From a bacterium (GTDB lineage Bacteria; Patescibacteriota; Saccharimonadia; CAILAD01; JAUYJX01), in assembly GCA_030699245.1 (NCBI GenBank), contig JAUYJX010000010.1, forward strand, positions 1 to 35,092: 35,092 nucleotides of DNA. The letters run 5' to 3'. The translations under genes were made by a program, and so were the position numbers. The notes below the pieces were generated by a model, which did no database searches, was not told the DNA's origin, and saw only the letters and a list, made by a program, of their open reading frames with translations. How positions within the stretch are numbered: the stretch's first letter is position 1; the number at the start of each line of letters is the position of its first letter. Shown in pieces: positions 26,324-35,092 of the stretch.

Positions 26324-27201
26324 AATGAGTTTAGAAAAAAATTTAGCTCTGTAGGTAAGTTTGCTTTTAGAGTTAGTTGCTCGCCATTTGGCAATTTAAA
26401 TTCTATCTTAGCTGCATGTAAAAACTGTCTCTTTAGACCAGGGGTTTCTTTTCGTCCATATATTTTATCACCAACTACCGGGTGGCCTAAATACTTAAAT
26501 TGAGCTCTAATTTGATGTGTCCTGCCAGTAATAAGTTCTATCTCAACTAAGCTAAAGTCTTTATACTCTTTTATTACCTTATAAAAACTTACTGCCTGTT
26601 TGCCCGAAGATGAGACTGCCATTCTATGCCGATGGGATATATCTCGGGCTATGGGTAATTCTAACTTGGCTTTTGCGGGGCGTAATTTACCCCATATTAG
26701 CGCTTTATAAGTTTTTTTAATCTGTCTTTTTTTAAAAAGACCAGTTAAATATTTTTTTATTTGAGGATTTTTGGCAATTAGCATTATTCCTGATGTGTCG
26801 CGATCTAAACGATGCACTATACCCGGTCTTAACTTGTCATAATCTGTAACCTTATTTCTAAAAATTGACACAATCGTTGTCTCTTCCTTATCTTTGGGGG
26901 CATAAACGAGCAAGCCAGCAGGTTTATTAATAGCTAGAAGATCTTTATCTTCATAAATAATCTCTGGTTTTATTTTTTCTTCTTTAATTTGCGAGCGTTT
27001 TTTAGAAATAACGAATTCAACTATTTGTCCAGCTTTTAAAACTGTATGGGCTTTAGCCGGCTTGTTGTCAAGCTTAACATTACTATTCTTAATTTCTTTT
27101 TGCCAAAAGTTCCTGGACTGATTGCAAACTTCTGCTAAAAAAATATCGAGCCTTTTACCTGCTTTTTCTTTTGAAATTTTTTTCTTGAAACTTTTTGGCA
27201 T
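26320..27201 (-). CDS. rluD: RluA-family pseudouridine synthase with S4 domain (RluD-like)
   Basis: RLD S4 start, NKPAGL, GIVHRLDRDTSG, TGRTHQIR, GD..YG. Confidence 0.9.
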   Translation of the reverse strand: MPKSFKKKISKEKAGKRLDIFLAEVCNQSRNFWQKEIKNSNVKLDNKPAKAHTVLKAGQIVEFVISKKRSQIKEEKIKPEIIYEDKDLLAINKPAGLLVYAPKDKEETTIVSIFRNKVTDYDKLRPGIVHRLDRDTSGIMLIAKNPQIKKYLTGLFKKRQIKKTYKALIWGKLRPAKAKLELPIARDISHRHRMAVSSSGKQAVSFYKVIKEYKDFSLVEIELITGRTHQIRAQFKYLGHPVVGDKIYGRKETPGLKRQFLHAAKIEFKLPNGEQLTLKANLPTELNFFLNSL

Positions 27202-28184
27202 CAGGCAACAGAACTAATAGCATCAAGTTGAGTACGCGTACCCATCAAAATTAGCCGATCGCCCGTATATATGCGCTCTGAACCAGTGGGATTGACCTTA
27301 CTTGAACCATCATTGCTATTAATAGCCAGAACTATGGCGCCAGTCTGATGCTTGTCTAGCCAGGAAACGGGTTCACCGGCAAGGTTGGAATCTTTTGATA
27401 CAATCAGCTCCTCAATCTGAAGTAAAGAATTATCATTAGTACTGAGTACGTCAAGGAAATCAACCACATTTGGTCTAATCATCATGGTCGCCATATGATA
27501 TCCGCCGATTTGGTATGGCAGGGCAACTCTGTCGGCACCGGCTCTAAGTAGCCGGTCTTTGTTTTCTTCACGATTAGCCCTGGAAACAATAAATAAACCC
27601 TGATTGAGCTGCCGCGAAGTTAATGTCACGAACAAATTATTCGAATCCTCGCCAAGCGAAGCAATTAGTCCTTTGGCACGCTTAACTCCTGCGGTGATCA
27701 GCACCTCTTCTTTGGTGCTATCGCCAACAAAACCGATGCCACCATGTTCGACAAGATTTTTGACTTTGGAATCATCACGATCCACTCCAACAAAATCGAC
27801 CTCTTCTTCTTCAAGCTCCTTAGCGACTTGGCTGCCAACCCTGCCTAGCCCGCAGATAATATAATGATCTTTTAATTTTGCAGCTTTTCTTTTCATCTGT
27901 CTTCTTTTTAAACCGTCTCCTAATCCTATCATATACTCTGCTAGGTATTTTAGTAAATAAGCAATAATAATTAGGCTGGCTGATATCAGAGATACGACTA
28001 TCCAGCGACTAAAGGGGTTGCGAAAACCATAATGATCAAAGTGGCTTAAAATTATTAGAGTGGTCTGATAAAATGACTCGCTAAAATTTAGTTTTTCACC
28101 ATAACTAAAGCCAATTGTGCCGAAAAGTAGCAAAAAAATTACAAATATAATAATTTTTTGTAGTTGTGTAAGTTTAGGAAACAT
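27201..28184 (-). CDS. 2-TM ion channel with RCK (TrkA_N/TrkA_C) domains, non-canonical pore
   Basis: TM-pore-TM, HYIICGLGRVG, GDST..E.L..AG, AGADRV, C-terminal TrkA_C. Confidence 0.9.
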   Translation of the reverse strand: MFPKLTQLQKIIIFVIFLLLFGTIGFSYGEKLNFSESFYQTTLIILSHFDHYGFRNPFSRWIVVSLISASLIIIAYLLKYLAEYMIGLGDGLKRRQMKRKAAKLKDHYIICGLGRVGSQVAKELEEEEVDFVGVDRDDSKVKNLVEHGGIGFVGDSTKEEVLITAGVKRAKGLIASLGEDSNNLFVTLTSRQLNQGLFIVSRANREENKDRLLRAGADRVALPYQIGGYHMATMMIRPNVVDFLDVLSTNDNSLLQIEELIVSKDSNLAGEPVSWLDKHQTGAIVLAINSNDGSSKVNPTGSERIYTGDRLILMGTRTQLDAISSVA

Positions 28185-28228
28185 TTTAGCTTATTATAAC
28201 TCTTATGTTTTCTAAACCCAACAGAAAC

Positions 28229-28654
28229 TTAACGTTTGCTGAATTGCGGGGCTTTGCGAGCTTTTTTGAGTCCGTATTTTTTGCGTTCTTTTTTTCTCGG
28301 ATCTCGGGTTAGATAACCAGCTTTTTTTAAACTGACTCTCAGATCACCACTCATAACATTAAGTGCTCTCGCGATGCCTAAACTAATTGCCTGTGCCTGC
28401 CCCTTTTTACCGCCGCCTTTTACCTTAACACTAATATCTACACTTGCTGCTTTACCAACTAAAACCAAAGGACTTTTTACTGCATGGACTAGAGTTTTAT
28501 TATTAAGATAGATTTCGGCGTCAATATCATTAATAGTAATTTTCCCGTTTCCCTTAAATAATCTGACGGTTGCCACAGCAGTCTTGCGTCTGCCTACAGC
28601 ATAATAATAATTGCCCGTCTTTTTGATAGAAGTTTTTTTCACTGCTTCTGTCAT
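28229..28654 (-). CDS. rpsI: 30S ribosomal protein S9
   Basis: GRRKTAVA, ERKKYGL, QFSKR. Confidence 0.99.
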   Translation of the reverse strand: MTEAVKKTSIKKTGNYYYAVGRRKTAVATVRLFKGNGKITINDIDAEIYLNNKTLVHAVKSPLVLVGKAASVDISVKVKGGGKKGQAQAISLGIARALNVMSGDLRVSLKKAGYLTRDPRKKERKKYGLKKARKAPQFSKR

Positions 28655-29085
28655 TTATTTTCCTTTTTACCCACATTAATTTGAGCATTATGAGGATGTT
28701 CACCGCCCGGATATACTTTTAGATTAACCAGCATTTTGTCAGCTAGTTTGTTTTTTGGCAGCATACCAGCTACTGCATGAATAATTACTTTTGTCGGATC
28801 TTTTTCTAACTGGTCTTTTAGATTTATTGATTTAATACCTCCAGGATAACCCGAATGACGATAATAAATTTTATCATCTAATTTTTTGCCGGTAATTTTT
28901 ACCTTCGAAGCATTGATCACCACCACTTTGTCTCCGCAAAGAACATGGGGAGAATAGTGAGTTTTGTTTTTACCTATTAATATAGTGGCTATTTGGGTGG
29001 AAATACGTCCCAATGTCTGGTTTCTAACGTCAATTAGGCACCAATCATTTCTGGCATCGGCTGTTTTTAGACTAAATGTTTTCAT
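28651..29085 (-). CDS. rplM: 50S ribosomal protein L13
   Basis: GD.VVVINA, HSGYPGG, GMLPKN. Confidence 0.99.
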   Translation of the reverse strand: MKTFSLKTADARNDWCLIDVRNQTLGRISTQIATILIGKNKTHYSPHVLCGDKVVVINASKVKITGKKLDDKIYYRHSGYPGGIKSINLKDQLEKDPTKVIIHAVAGMLPKNKLADKMLVNLKVYPGGEHPHNAQINVGKKENK

Positions 29086-29552
29086 TTTTTAGCTCCCGAA
29101 GCTGCTTTTTGAATTTTTTTAGGTTTAGACCGTTGAACTAAATCAATATTTTTTGCTTCTTTTTTTTCTTGTTCGGGTTTTTTACCGAAATCCTTTGGTA
29201 GTATTAATTCAATAACAGCCATCGGTGCACTATCACCTCTTCTATTACCGGTTTTGATAATACGAGTATAGCCGCTATTGCGATCCTTAAAACCTTCAGC
29301 CAGTTCATAAATCAGTTTCTGGGCAGAGGTCTTCGACAAAGAGAAAGAAAAGACAGCACGCATATTAGTTAGGTTACCTTTTTTAGCCTTAGTAACCAAT
29401 CTGTCAAATATTGGAGCGATTTCTTTTGCTTTAGTCATTGTGGTCTCAATTCTTTCATATAAGATTAGTGAGTTAACTAGCCCCCTGAGTAAAGCGCGAC
29501 GTTGATCAGCTTTTAAAGATAATTTTCGGCCCTTGTAGCTATGACGATGCAT
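29082..29552 (-). CDS. rplQ: 50S ribosomal protein L17
   Basis: RIETT..KAK, R.SGYTRI, R.GD.APMA. Confidence 0.98.
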   Translation of the reverse strand: MHRHSYKGRKLSLKADQRRALLRGLVNSLILYERIETTMTKAKEIAPIFDRLVTKAKKGNLTNMRAVFSFSLSKTSAQKLIYELAEGFKDRNSGYTRIIKTGNRRGDSAPMAVIELILPKDFGKKPEQEKKEAKNIDLVQRSKPKKIQKAASGAKK

Positions 29553-29556
29553 TAAG

Positions 29557-30501
29557 CTACTCCTGACCTTCTCTTTTAATACCTAATTCTTCTAATTTTT
29601 CCAAAACTTCTTCATATGCCTTAACACCAAAACCTTTTAGCTCTTTTAGTTCGGCGTTACTAAGTTGCATAATTTCAGCCACTGTCTTGATATCGTTATT
29701 CATCAATGCATTAGCAGTTCTAGGTGTAAAGTTTAATTCGTCAACCATTAAATTAGCGGCGTCAGCTTCGTTTTTGCTCTCCGCGGTTACAACGCCTTGA
29801 TCGCCGACGCTAACTACATCATGTCCAGCTAATACCTGAAAGTGACCGACAAGAATTTCTGCAGCCTGCTCAATAGTTTCTTTGGGTGTTAAACTGCCAT
29901 CAGTTTCAATATCAACTATCAATTTATCAAGATTTGTCATCTGACCAACACGGGTGTTTTCAACACTATAGCGAACTTTTTTGATAGGAGTATAAATAGC
30001 ATCAACAGCAATCATACCAATCGGTAATTTTTCTGCTGAACGGCTTTCTACTGGTATATAACCGCGGCCGCGCTCAACTTTTATTTCCATATTTAACTTA
30101 GCTGACTCATTATCTAGATTAGCAATTTCCAGATCTTTATTGATGATTTCAACAGAACTTGGGGCCTTAATATCGCTAGCTTTAGCAATGCCCTTACCTT
30201 TTTTGTTCAAATTAATATAAGTCGGCTCATCATCATGATACTTGATACGCAGCTGTTTTAAATTCAGGATAATTTCAACTACATCTTCTTTTATACCTTT
30301 AATTGTTGAGAATTCATGAGAAACTCCATCGATTTTTACTGCAGTTACTGCAGCCCCGCTTAAACTCGACAAAAGTACTCTTCTCATGGAGTTACCTAGA
30401 GTCATGCCATAGCCAGGATATAGCGGCTCAATTATGAAGGTTGATTTATTACTTTCAACTTTATTTTCTTTTATTTCTGGCAAATTAATGTCATATAACA
30501 C
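29557..30501 (-). CDS. rpoA: RNA polymerase alpha subunit
   Basis: EPL.PGYG.TLGNS.RRVLLSS, EDV.EIILNLK, alpha-CTD; GTG after AAGGAG. Confidence 0.99.
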   Translation of the reverse strand: MLYDINLPEIKENKVESNKSTFIIEPLYPGYGMTLGNSMRRVLLSSLSGAAVTAVKIDGVSHEFSTIKGIKEDVVEIILNLKQLRIKYHDDEPTYINLNKKGKGIAKASDIKAPSSVEIINKDLEIANLDNESAKLNMEIKVERGRGYIPVESRSAEKLPIGMIAVDAIYTPIKKVRYSVENTRVGQMTNLDKLIVDIETDGSLTPKETIEQAAEILVGHFQVLAGHDVVSVGDQGVVTAESKNEADAANLMVDELNFTPRTANALMNNDIKTVAEIMQLSNAELKELKGFGVKAYEEVLEKLEELGIKREGQE

Positions 30502-30517
30502 TTCTTACTCCTTTATT

Positions 30518-31135
30518 TTACCTTGAATAATATTCAATGATTAATTGTTCTTTAATGTCTTGGCTTAATTCATCCCGCAGGGGCATACCAGTAACTTTGC
30601 CGCTCATTTTATTTGCATTGAAGCTCAACCAACTAGTGTTTTCACTCTTATTCTTGCTTAAGCTATCTTTTAACTGGCCAAAATAGGTATTATCTAAACT
30701 TTTTTCCCTAATCGTAATTTCATCACCAATATCTACGAGTATTGAGGGAATATTTACTTTTTTGCCATTTAAGCGAATATGTGCGTGGCTTACCAGTTGT
30801 CTTGCGGCTTGTCTAGAAGTTGCTAAATTTAAACGATAGCAAACATTATCCAGTCTACGTTCTAATAAAATTAGGAGATTTTCACCGCTTACTCCTCGCA
30901 TTTGTTCGGACTTAGCAACATAGCGTCTAAATTGTTTTTCTAAAATTCCGTAAATACGTTTAATTTTTTGCTTTTCACGAAGCTGCATTGTGTAATTACC
31001 TGGCCTAGGTCGCCGGGATAAACCATGGTCTCCTGGTGGGTAATTTCTTTTAGTAAGAGATTTCACGGCTTTAGGATGCAGCGCTACGGCTTCTCGGCGA
31101 GATAATTTAGTAACTGATGTAAAGTTTTTTGCCAT
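30518..31135 (-). CDS. rpsD: 30S ribosomal protein S4 (no Zn-binding cysteines)
   Basis: QLREKQK, LERRLDN, ARQLVSH, EYYSR; ATG 31135 overlaps rpsK stop. Confidence 0.98.
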   Translation of the reverse strand: MAKNFTSVTKLSRREAVALHPKAVKSLTKRNYPPGDHGLSRRPRPGNYTMQLREKQKIKRIYGILEKQFRRYVAKSEQMRGVSGENLLILLERRLDNVCYRLNLATSRQAARQLVSHAHIRLNGKKVNIPSILVDIGDEITIREKSLDNTYFGQLKDSLSKNKSENTSWLSFNANKMSGKVTGMPLRDELSQDIKEQLIIEYYSR

Positions 31136-31524
31136 TAAACTCTCCTTGGCTTTCTGGGACGGCATCCATTATGCGGAATGCCTGTCACGTCTTTGATTGA
31201 AGAGATTTTTACACCTGAGGCTTGAATGGAACGAATTGCCGATTCCCTACCACTACCAATACCTTTGACTACAACTTCTACTTCAACTACCCCAAGATCT
31301 TTGGCTTTGGTGATAACTTTTTCTGCTGCCACCTGAGCAGCATAAGGAGTACTTTTTCTTGAACCCTTAAAACCTGAGGAACCTGAACTGTTCCAATCCA
31401 CTACATTACCGCTGGCGTCTGTAATAGAAATAATAGTGTTATTAAAGGTTGACTGAATATGCACGACACCACTTGTTAAGCTGGTTTTTTTCTTCTTTTT
31501 AGGCGATACTACTGCCTTGGCCAT
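31135..31524 (-). CDS. rpsK: 30S ribosomal protein S11
   Basis: [21 protein letters not shown]. Confidence 0.99.
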   Translation of the reverse strand: MAKAVVSPKKKKKTSLTSGVVHIQSTFNNTIISITDASGNVVDWNSSGSSGFKGSRKSTPYAAQVAAEKVITKAKDLGVVEVEVVVKGIGSGRESAIRSIQASGVKISSIKDVTGIPHNGCRPRKPRRV

Positions 31525-31535
31525 TTTATCTCTCC

Positions 31536-31922
31536 TTAAGTCTTAGCGGTTGCTTTCTTGCGTCCTGAACCAACTGTCATTCTCTTACCTCTTTTGGTGC
31601 GGGCATTAGTTTTGGTCCGCTGCCCCCTTACCGGCAAATTAGCTTTATGTCTTAAACCTTTGTAAGTATTAATTTCTTTGAGCCTCTTGATGTTTAGGGT
31701 GACCTGTCTGACCAAATCAGCTTCAACTTGATAATTTTTATCGATATACTCCCTGATTTTATTTAAATCATTCTCAGTTAAGTCCTTAACTCGCAAGTCA
31801 GGATTAATTTTTAGAGCCGAGAGAATTTTTTTGCTGGCAGATGATCCTATGCCAAAAATATAAGTCAGTGCTACTTCGACTCTTTTTTCATTAGGAATAT
31901 TCGCACCTACAACTCTTGCCAT
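31536..31922 (-). CDS. rpsM: 30S ribosomal protein S13
   Basis: [23 protein letters not shown]. Confidence 0.99.
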   Translation of the reverse strand: MARVVGANIPNEKRVEVALTYIFGIGSSASKKILSALKINPDLRVKDLTENDLNKIREYIDKNYQVEADLVRQVTLNIKRLKEINTYKGLRHKANLPVRGQRTKTNARTKRGKRMTVGSGRKKATAKT

Positions 31923-32035
31923 TAGCCTTGTCTCTGCTTATGTTTAGGATTATCACAAATAACCCGCACTACACCGCGACGTCTGATTACTTTGCATTTT
32001 GAACAAATTTTTTTAACTCCTGCTCTAACTTTCAT
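31922..32035 (-). CDS. rpmJ: 50S ribosomal protein L36 (not in ORF track)
   Basis: Hand translation [37 protein letters not shown]. Confidence 0.99.
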   Translation of the reverse strand: MKVRAGVKKICSKCKVIRRRGVVRVICDNPKHKQRQG

Positions 32036-32044
32036 TTTCTTCAC

Positions 32045-32266
32045 CTATTTATGCCGATAAGTTATTCGGCCCTTTGATAAATCATAGGGCGTCATTTCCA
32101 GGGTAACTTTATCGCCTGGCAAAATTTTAATATAATGCATACGCATCTTGCCTGAAATATGGGCTAATACAATATGGCCATTATCAAGCTCTACCTTAAA
32201 ATTGGCATTCGGCAAAGCTTCTAAAACGGTGCCTTCGACTTCAATTACTTCCTTTGTATCTGACAT
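32045..32266 (-). CDS. infA: Translation initiation factor IF-1
   Basis: LPNANF.V.L.NG, ISGKMR, PYDL..GRI. Confidence 0.99.
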   Translation of the reverse strand: MSDTKEVIEVEGTVLEALPNANFKVELDNGHIVLAHISGKMRMHYIKILPGDKVTLEMTPYDLSKGRITYRHK

Positions 32267-32329
32267 GAGTTAAATACTACAATTTTTTATTATAGATAGT
32301 TTTTAGATAAAAGTAAAGACTTTTTTAAG

Positions 32330-33646
32330 CTAATATTTTTCATATGTCGCCATTAAAGCTCTTGATTCGATCTGCTTCATTGTTTCGATTACTACTGCAA
32401 CCACAATCAGCAGACCTGTACCGCCGATAGCCAATGCTGAAGAGCTCTTGATAAATACTTGGATTATAAACGGCATCACTGCAATAATCCCTAGAGCTAG
32501 TGCGCCGGCAAAAGTTATACGGGCAATTATTTTTTTCAAATATTTAGCTGTTTCATTGCCCGGTCTGATGCCAGGAATAAAACCACCTTGCTTTTGCAAA
32601 TTTTCGGCCACTTCTTCCGGTTTGAATATCAAAAAAGTATAAAAATACGTAAAGCCAATTACCAGTCCAAAATAACTAATGGTATAAACAATGGTGCTGG
32701 GCTCAAATAATTTAGTCAATTGTTGAGCAAAACTCGATAACCAAGACGTTTTGGCATTAGTGAACAATTGACCGACAATTCCCGGGATAGAGAGGAAAGC
32801 TAAAGCAAAGATAATTGGAATCACCCCAGCAGTAATTACCCTCAGCGGCAAATGAGTATCCACTCCGCCATAAGAGCCGGTAGCACTAACTCTTCGGGCA
32901 TATGATACCGGTATATTACGCTGACCTTCATTGATCATCACAATAAAATAAATTGCAGCTATAGCCAAAATGATTAGCAAGATGGTGCTGACAATTTTGC
33001 CTGTATCAACTTGAGCTAAACTGATCATCTGGCCAATAGTAGCAGGGACAGTTGAAACAATACCAGCCATAATCAGCAGTGAAATACCATTACCAATTCC
33101 CCTCTCAGTAATAATCTCGCCCAGCCACATCAATAGCAGACTGCCGGCTGTAATCGTAACTATCATCACAATCCATTGGACTAAACTCGGCCTACCAATT
33201 AGATCAATCCCTTCGATTTTTTTTGAAGTCTGGGACACAAAGGTTACCATTGCTACTGATTGAATTGCTGCTAATGGAACGGTTAATAACCTAGTGTACT
33301 GATTAATTTTATTGCGCCCCATTTCGCCTTCTTTATTTAAGGCTTCAAACTTAGGCACCACATGAGAAAGCAGTTGCATAATAATTGAAGCATTAATAAA
33401 GGGTCCCAGTCCCATCATAATTATTGAAAAATTAGATATTGCTCCACCTGAAAATAAATTAGCAAAACCCAACAGCGGATTACTGTTAAAAAGCTTGAGC
33501 AAGAATCTCTGCAAGGAGGCACTGTCAGGTACAGGTACAGGCACATGGGCAAGTAAACTATAAACCGCTAAAATTGCGATAACAATAATCAGTCTTTTTC
33601 TTAAATCTTTGTTTTTATAAACTTGTGATAAAACTGCTAGATTCAA
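32330..33646 (-). CDS. secY: Preprotein translocase SecY
   Basis: PFINASIIMQLL, GIGNGISL, FIPGIRPG, GGT.LLIVV. Confidence 0.99.
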   Translation of the reverse strand: MNLAVLSQVYKNKDLRKRLIIVIAILAVYSLLAHVPVPVPDSASLQRFLLKLFNSNPLLGFANLFSGGAISNFSIIMMGLGPFINASIIMQLLSHVVPKFEALNKEGEMGRNKINQYTRLLTVPLAAIQSVAMVTFVSQTSKKIEGIDLIGRPSLVQWIVMIVTITAGSLLLMWLGEIITERGIGNGISLLIMAGIVSTVPATIGQMISLAQVDTGKIVSTILLIILAIAAIYFIVMINEGQRNIPVSYARRVSATGSYGGVDTHLPLRVITAGVIPIIFALAFLSIPGIVGQLFTNAKTSWLSSFAQQLTKLFEPSTIVYTISYFGLVIGFTYFYTFLIFKPEEVAENLQKQGGFIPGIRPGNETAKYLKKIIARITFAGALALGIIAVMPFIIQVFIKSSSALAIGGTGLLIVVAVVIETMKQIESRALMATYEKY

Positions 33647-33649
33647 TTT

Positions 33650-34153
33650 TTACTCTTCTTTCGCTTTAATTATTTTGTCTTCTGACTTGTTAACTTTGGC
33701 GGGCTTTTTAAAAGAAAAATCAACTATATTTATCCTACCGCCTTTTGATTTAATTTTATCAATAGCTGACCGGGAAGCTTTATTTACACTGATATTAAAT
33801 TTTTTAGTAACCCTGCCATTCCCCAGTAATTTTACCGGGATTGATTCTTCTTTGACTAAACCAGTTTTAATTAAAGTATTTATATCAATTTTGGCTGATT
33901 TGATTTTAGATAAGTCAGAGGTATTGATTATCTGATAAATTTTCGGATTTTTAGCATTAAAGCCTCTGGCTTTCGGCAATCTTCGAACTAATTTAGTCTG
34001 ACCACCTTCAAATCCTGGTTTAATATTGCCACCACTACGAGATTTTTGACCCTTGGTACCACGCCCTGATGTTTTGCCCCAACCACTGCTAATACCCCGC
34101 CCTACTCTTTTTCTAGCTCTTTTAGGGGAAGCTTTCAATTCATGTATTTTCAT
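33650..34153 (-). CDS. rplO: 50S ribosomal protein L15
   Basis: RVGRG, GRG.KGQKSR, FEGGQ. Confidence 0.99.
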   Translation of the reverse strand: MKIHELKASPKRARKRVGRGISSGWGKTSGRGTKGQKSRSGGNIKPGFEGGQTKLVRRLPKARGFNAKNPKIYQIINTSDLSKIKSAKIDINTLIKTGLVKEESIPVKLLGNGRVTKKFNISVNKASRSAIDKIKSKGGRINIVDFSFKKPAKVNKSEDKIIKAKEE

Positions 34154-34647
34154 TTTTTTACCACCTTTTTTGCACTTTTTTCACTGCTAACTTTCTTATC
34201 TTTCTCCATTAGCCTTAGTTTAGACAAAGCAGTAATAGTAGCGTAAGCATTATTGATTTTGTTATTTGAACCAAGAGCCTTGGTAAGTAAATCACGGATT
34301 CCGACAGCTTCGACCACTGAACGCACTGCGCCGCCAGCAATTACACCAGTACCTTCGCTAGCGGGCTTTAATAGTACTGTCGCACCGCCAAAGGAAACTT
34401 GAATATCGTGCGGTATGGTTGAACCGCTCAAGTTAACTTCTATGATATCTTTTTGGGCTTTATTAACCGCTTTAATAATCGAAGTGGGTGCGTCTTTGCC
34501 CTTACCGATACCAACACCAACTTTACCCATACCGTCACCAACTACCACAGTAGCGCGGAAACGAAATCTTCGACCGCCTTTAACTACACGAGTAACTCTA
34601 TCGAGAGAGATAATCTTTTCTGGAAATTCTTTTTTTTCTTTTTCCAT
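34150..34647 (-). CDS. rpsE: 30S ribosomal protein S5
   Basis: [18 protein letters not shown]. Confidence 0.99.
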   Translation of the reverse strand: MEKEKKEFPEKIISLDRVTRVVKGGRRFRFRATVVVGDGMGKVGVGIGKGKDAPTSIIKAVNKAQKDIIEVNLSGSTIPHDIQVSFGGATVLLKPASEGTGVIAGGAVRSVVEAVGIRDLLTKALGSNNKINNAYATITALSKLRLMEKDKKVSSEKSAKKVVKK

Positions 34648-34656
34648 AATAAAACT

Positions 34657-35004
34657 CTAAAACTTTAATCCTTTTTCTCTTGCGGCGTCAGCCAAGACTT
34701 TTACTCTGCCATGATAAATTTTTGCACCGCGGTCAAAAACTACTTCTTTGATTTTAACTTTCTGAGCTTTTGCGGCAATATCCGCACCAACCCAGCGGGC
34801 TTTTTCAGTCATATTTTTCCCGGTTAAGTCTTTATTATTGACAGTGGTGCCATAAATCAAAGTCTGGCTCATTTGATCGTCAATCAGCTGGCAAACAATA
34901 TTGCGGTTAGTAATTTTAACCGATAATCTTGGCCGCTTACTAGTTCCTGAAATTTTAACCCTGACCCTTCTTCTCCTTAAAATCGCCTTATCTGTTTTAT
35001 TCAT
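34657..35004 (-). CDS. rplR: 50S ribosomal protein L18
   Basis: RPRL, QLIDD, VFDRG..YHGRV. Confidence 0.98.
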   Translation of the reverse strand: MNKTDKAILRRRRVRVKISGTSKRPRLSVKITNRNIVCQLIDDQMSQTLIYGTTVNNKDLTGKNMTEKARWVGADIAAKAQKVKIKEVVFDRGAKIYHGRVKVLADAAREKGLKF

Positions 35005-35005
35005 C

Positions 35006-35092
35006 TTAAACTGCCTTTATGCCTGTCTTACCAACTTTTCTGCGAATATGTTCATCGCTGTATTTAATTCCTTTGCCTTTGTAAGGCTCGGG
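35006..35092 (-). CDS. rplF: 50S ribosomal protein L6, 3' end
   Basis: PEPYKGKGIKYSDEHIRRKVGKTGIKAV-stop. Confidence 0.97.
   Translation of the reverse strand, partial: PEPYKGKGIKYSDEHIRRKVGKTGIKAV

Overview
Bacterial chromosome window, standard genetic code, AT-rich, most likely Patescibacteria/CPR and Saccharibacteria-like (inference: no rpmD between rpsE and rplO, long charged extensions on ribosomal proteins, typical L17/S4 N-termini). Most genes are on the minus strand. In transcription order (right to left): end of the spc/alpha operons (rplF-rplR-rpsE-rplO-secY, infA-rpmJ-rpsM-rpsK-rpsD-rpoA-rplQ-rplM-rpsI); RCK ion channel-rluD-holB-TPR; four tRNAs (Thr-Tyr-Thr-Trp); a ~16 kb accessory block (two P-type ATPases, 22-aa repeat protein, YVTN surface protein, CAP protein, msrB, PAS kinase, CrtEb-like/GT2 fusion); secE-nusG-rplK-rplA; a ~4.5 kb thymidylate block (NT5C-like HAD, dcd, tmk, tandem ThyX) splitting rplA from rplJ-rplL. 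Most notable: (1) a P-loop NTPase-like gene spanning an in-frame TGA followed by a hairpin, missed by the ORF track; (2) a lycopene elongase-like prenyltransferase fused to a degenerate GT2, preceded by a coupled 25-aa cyclase-like mini-ORF; (3) an RCK channel with SHFDHYG in place of the TVGYG K+ filter; (4) 58-bp direct repeats of nested palindromes next to tRNA-Trp 3' ends bracketing one ATPase, with a related palindrome inside the L10 leader. Family assignments come from motif recognition; no database search was run.
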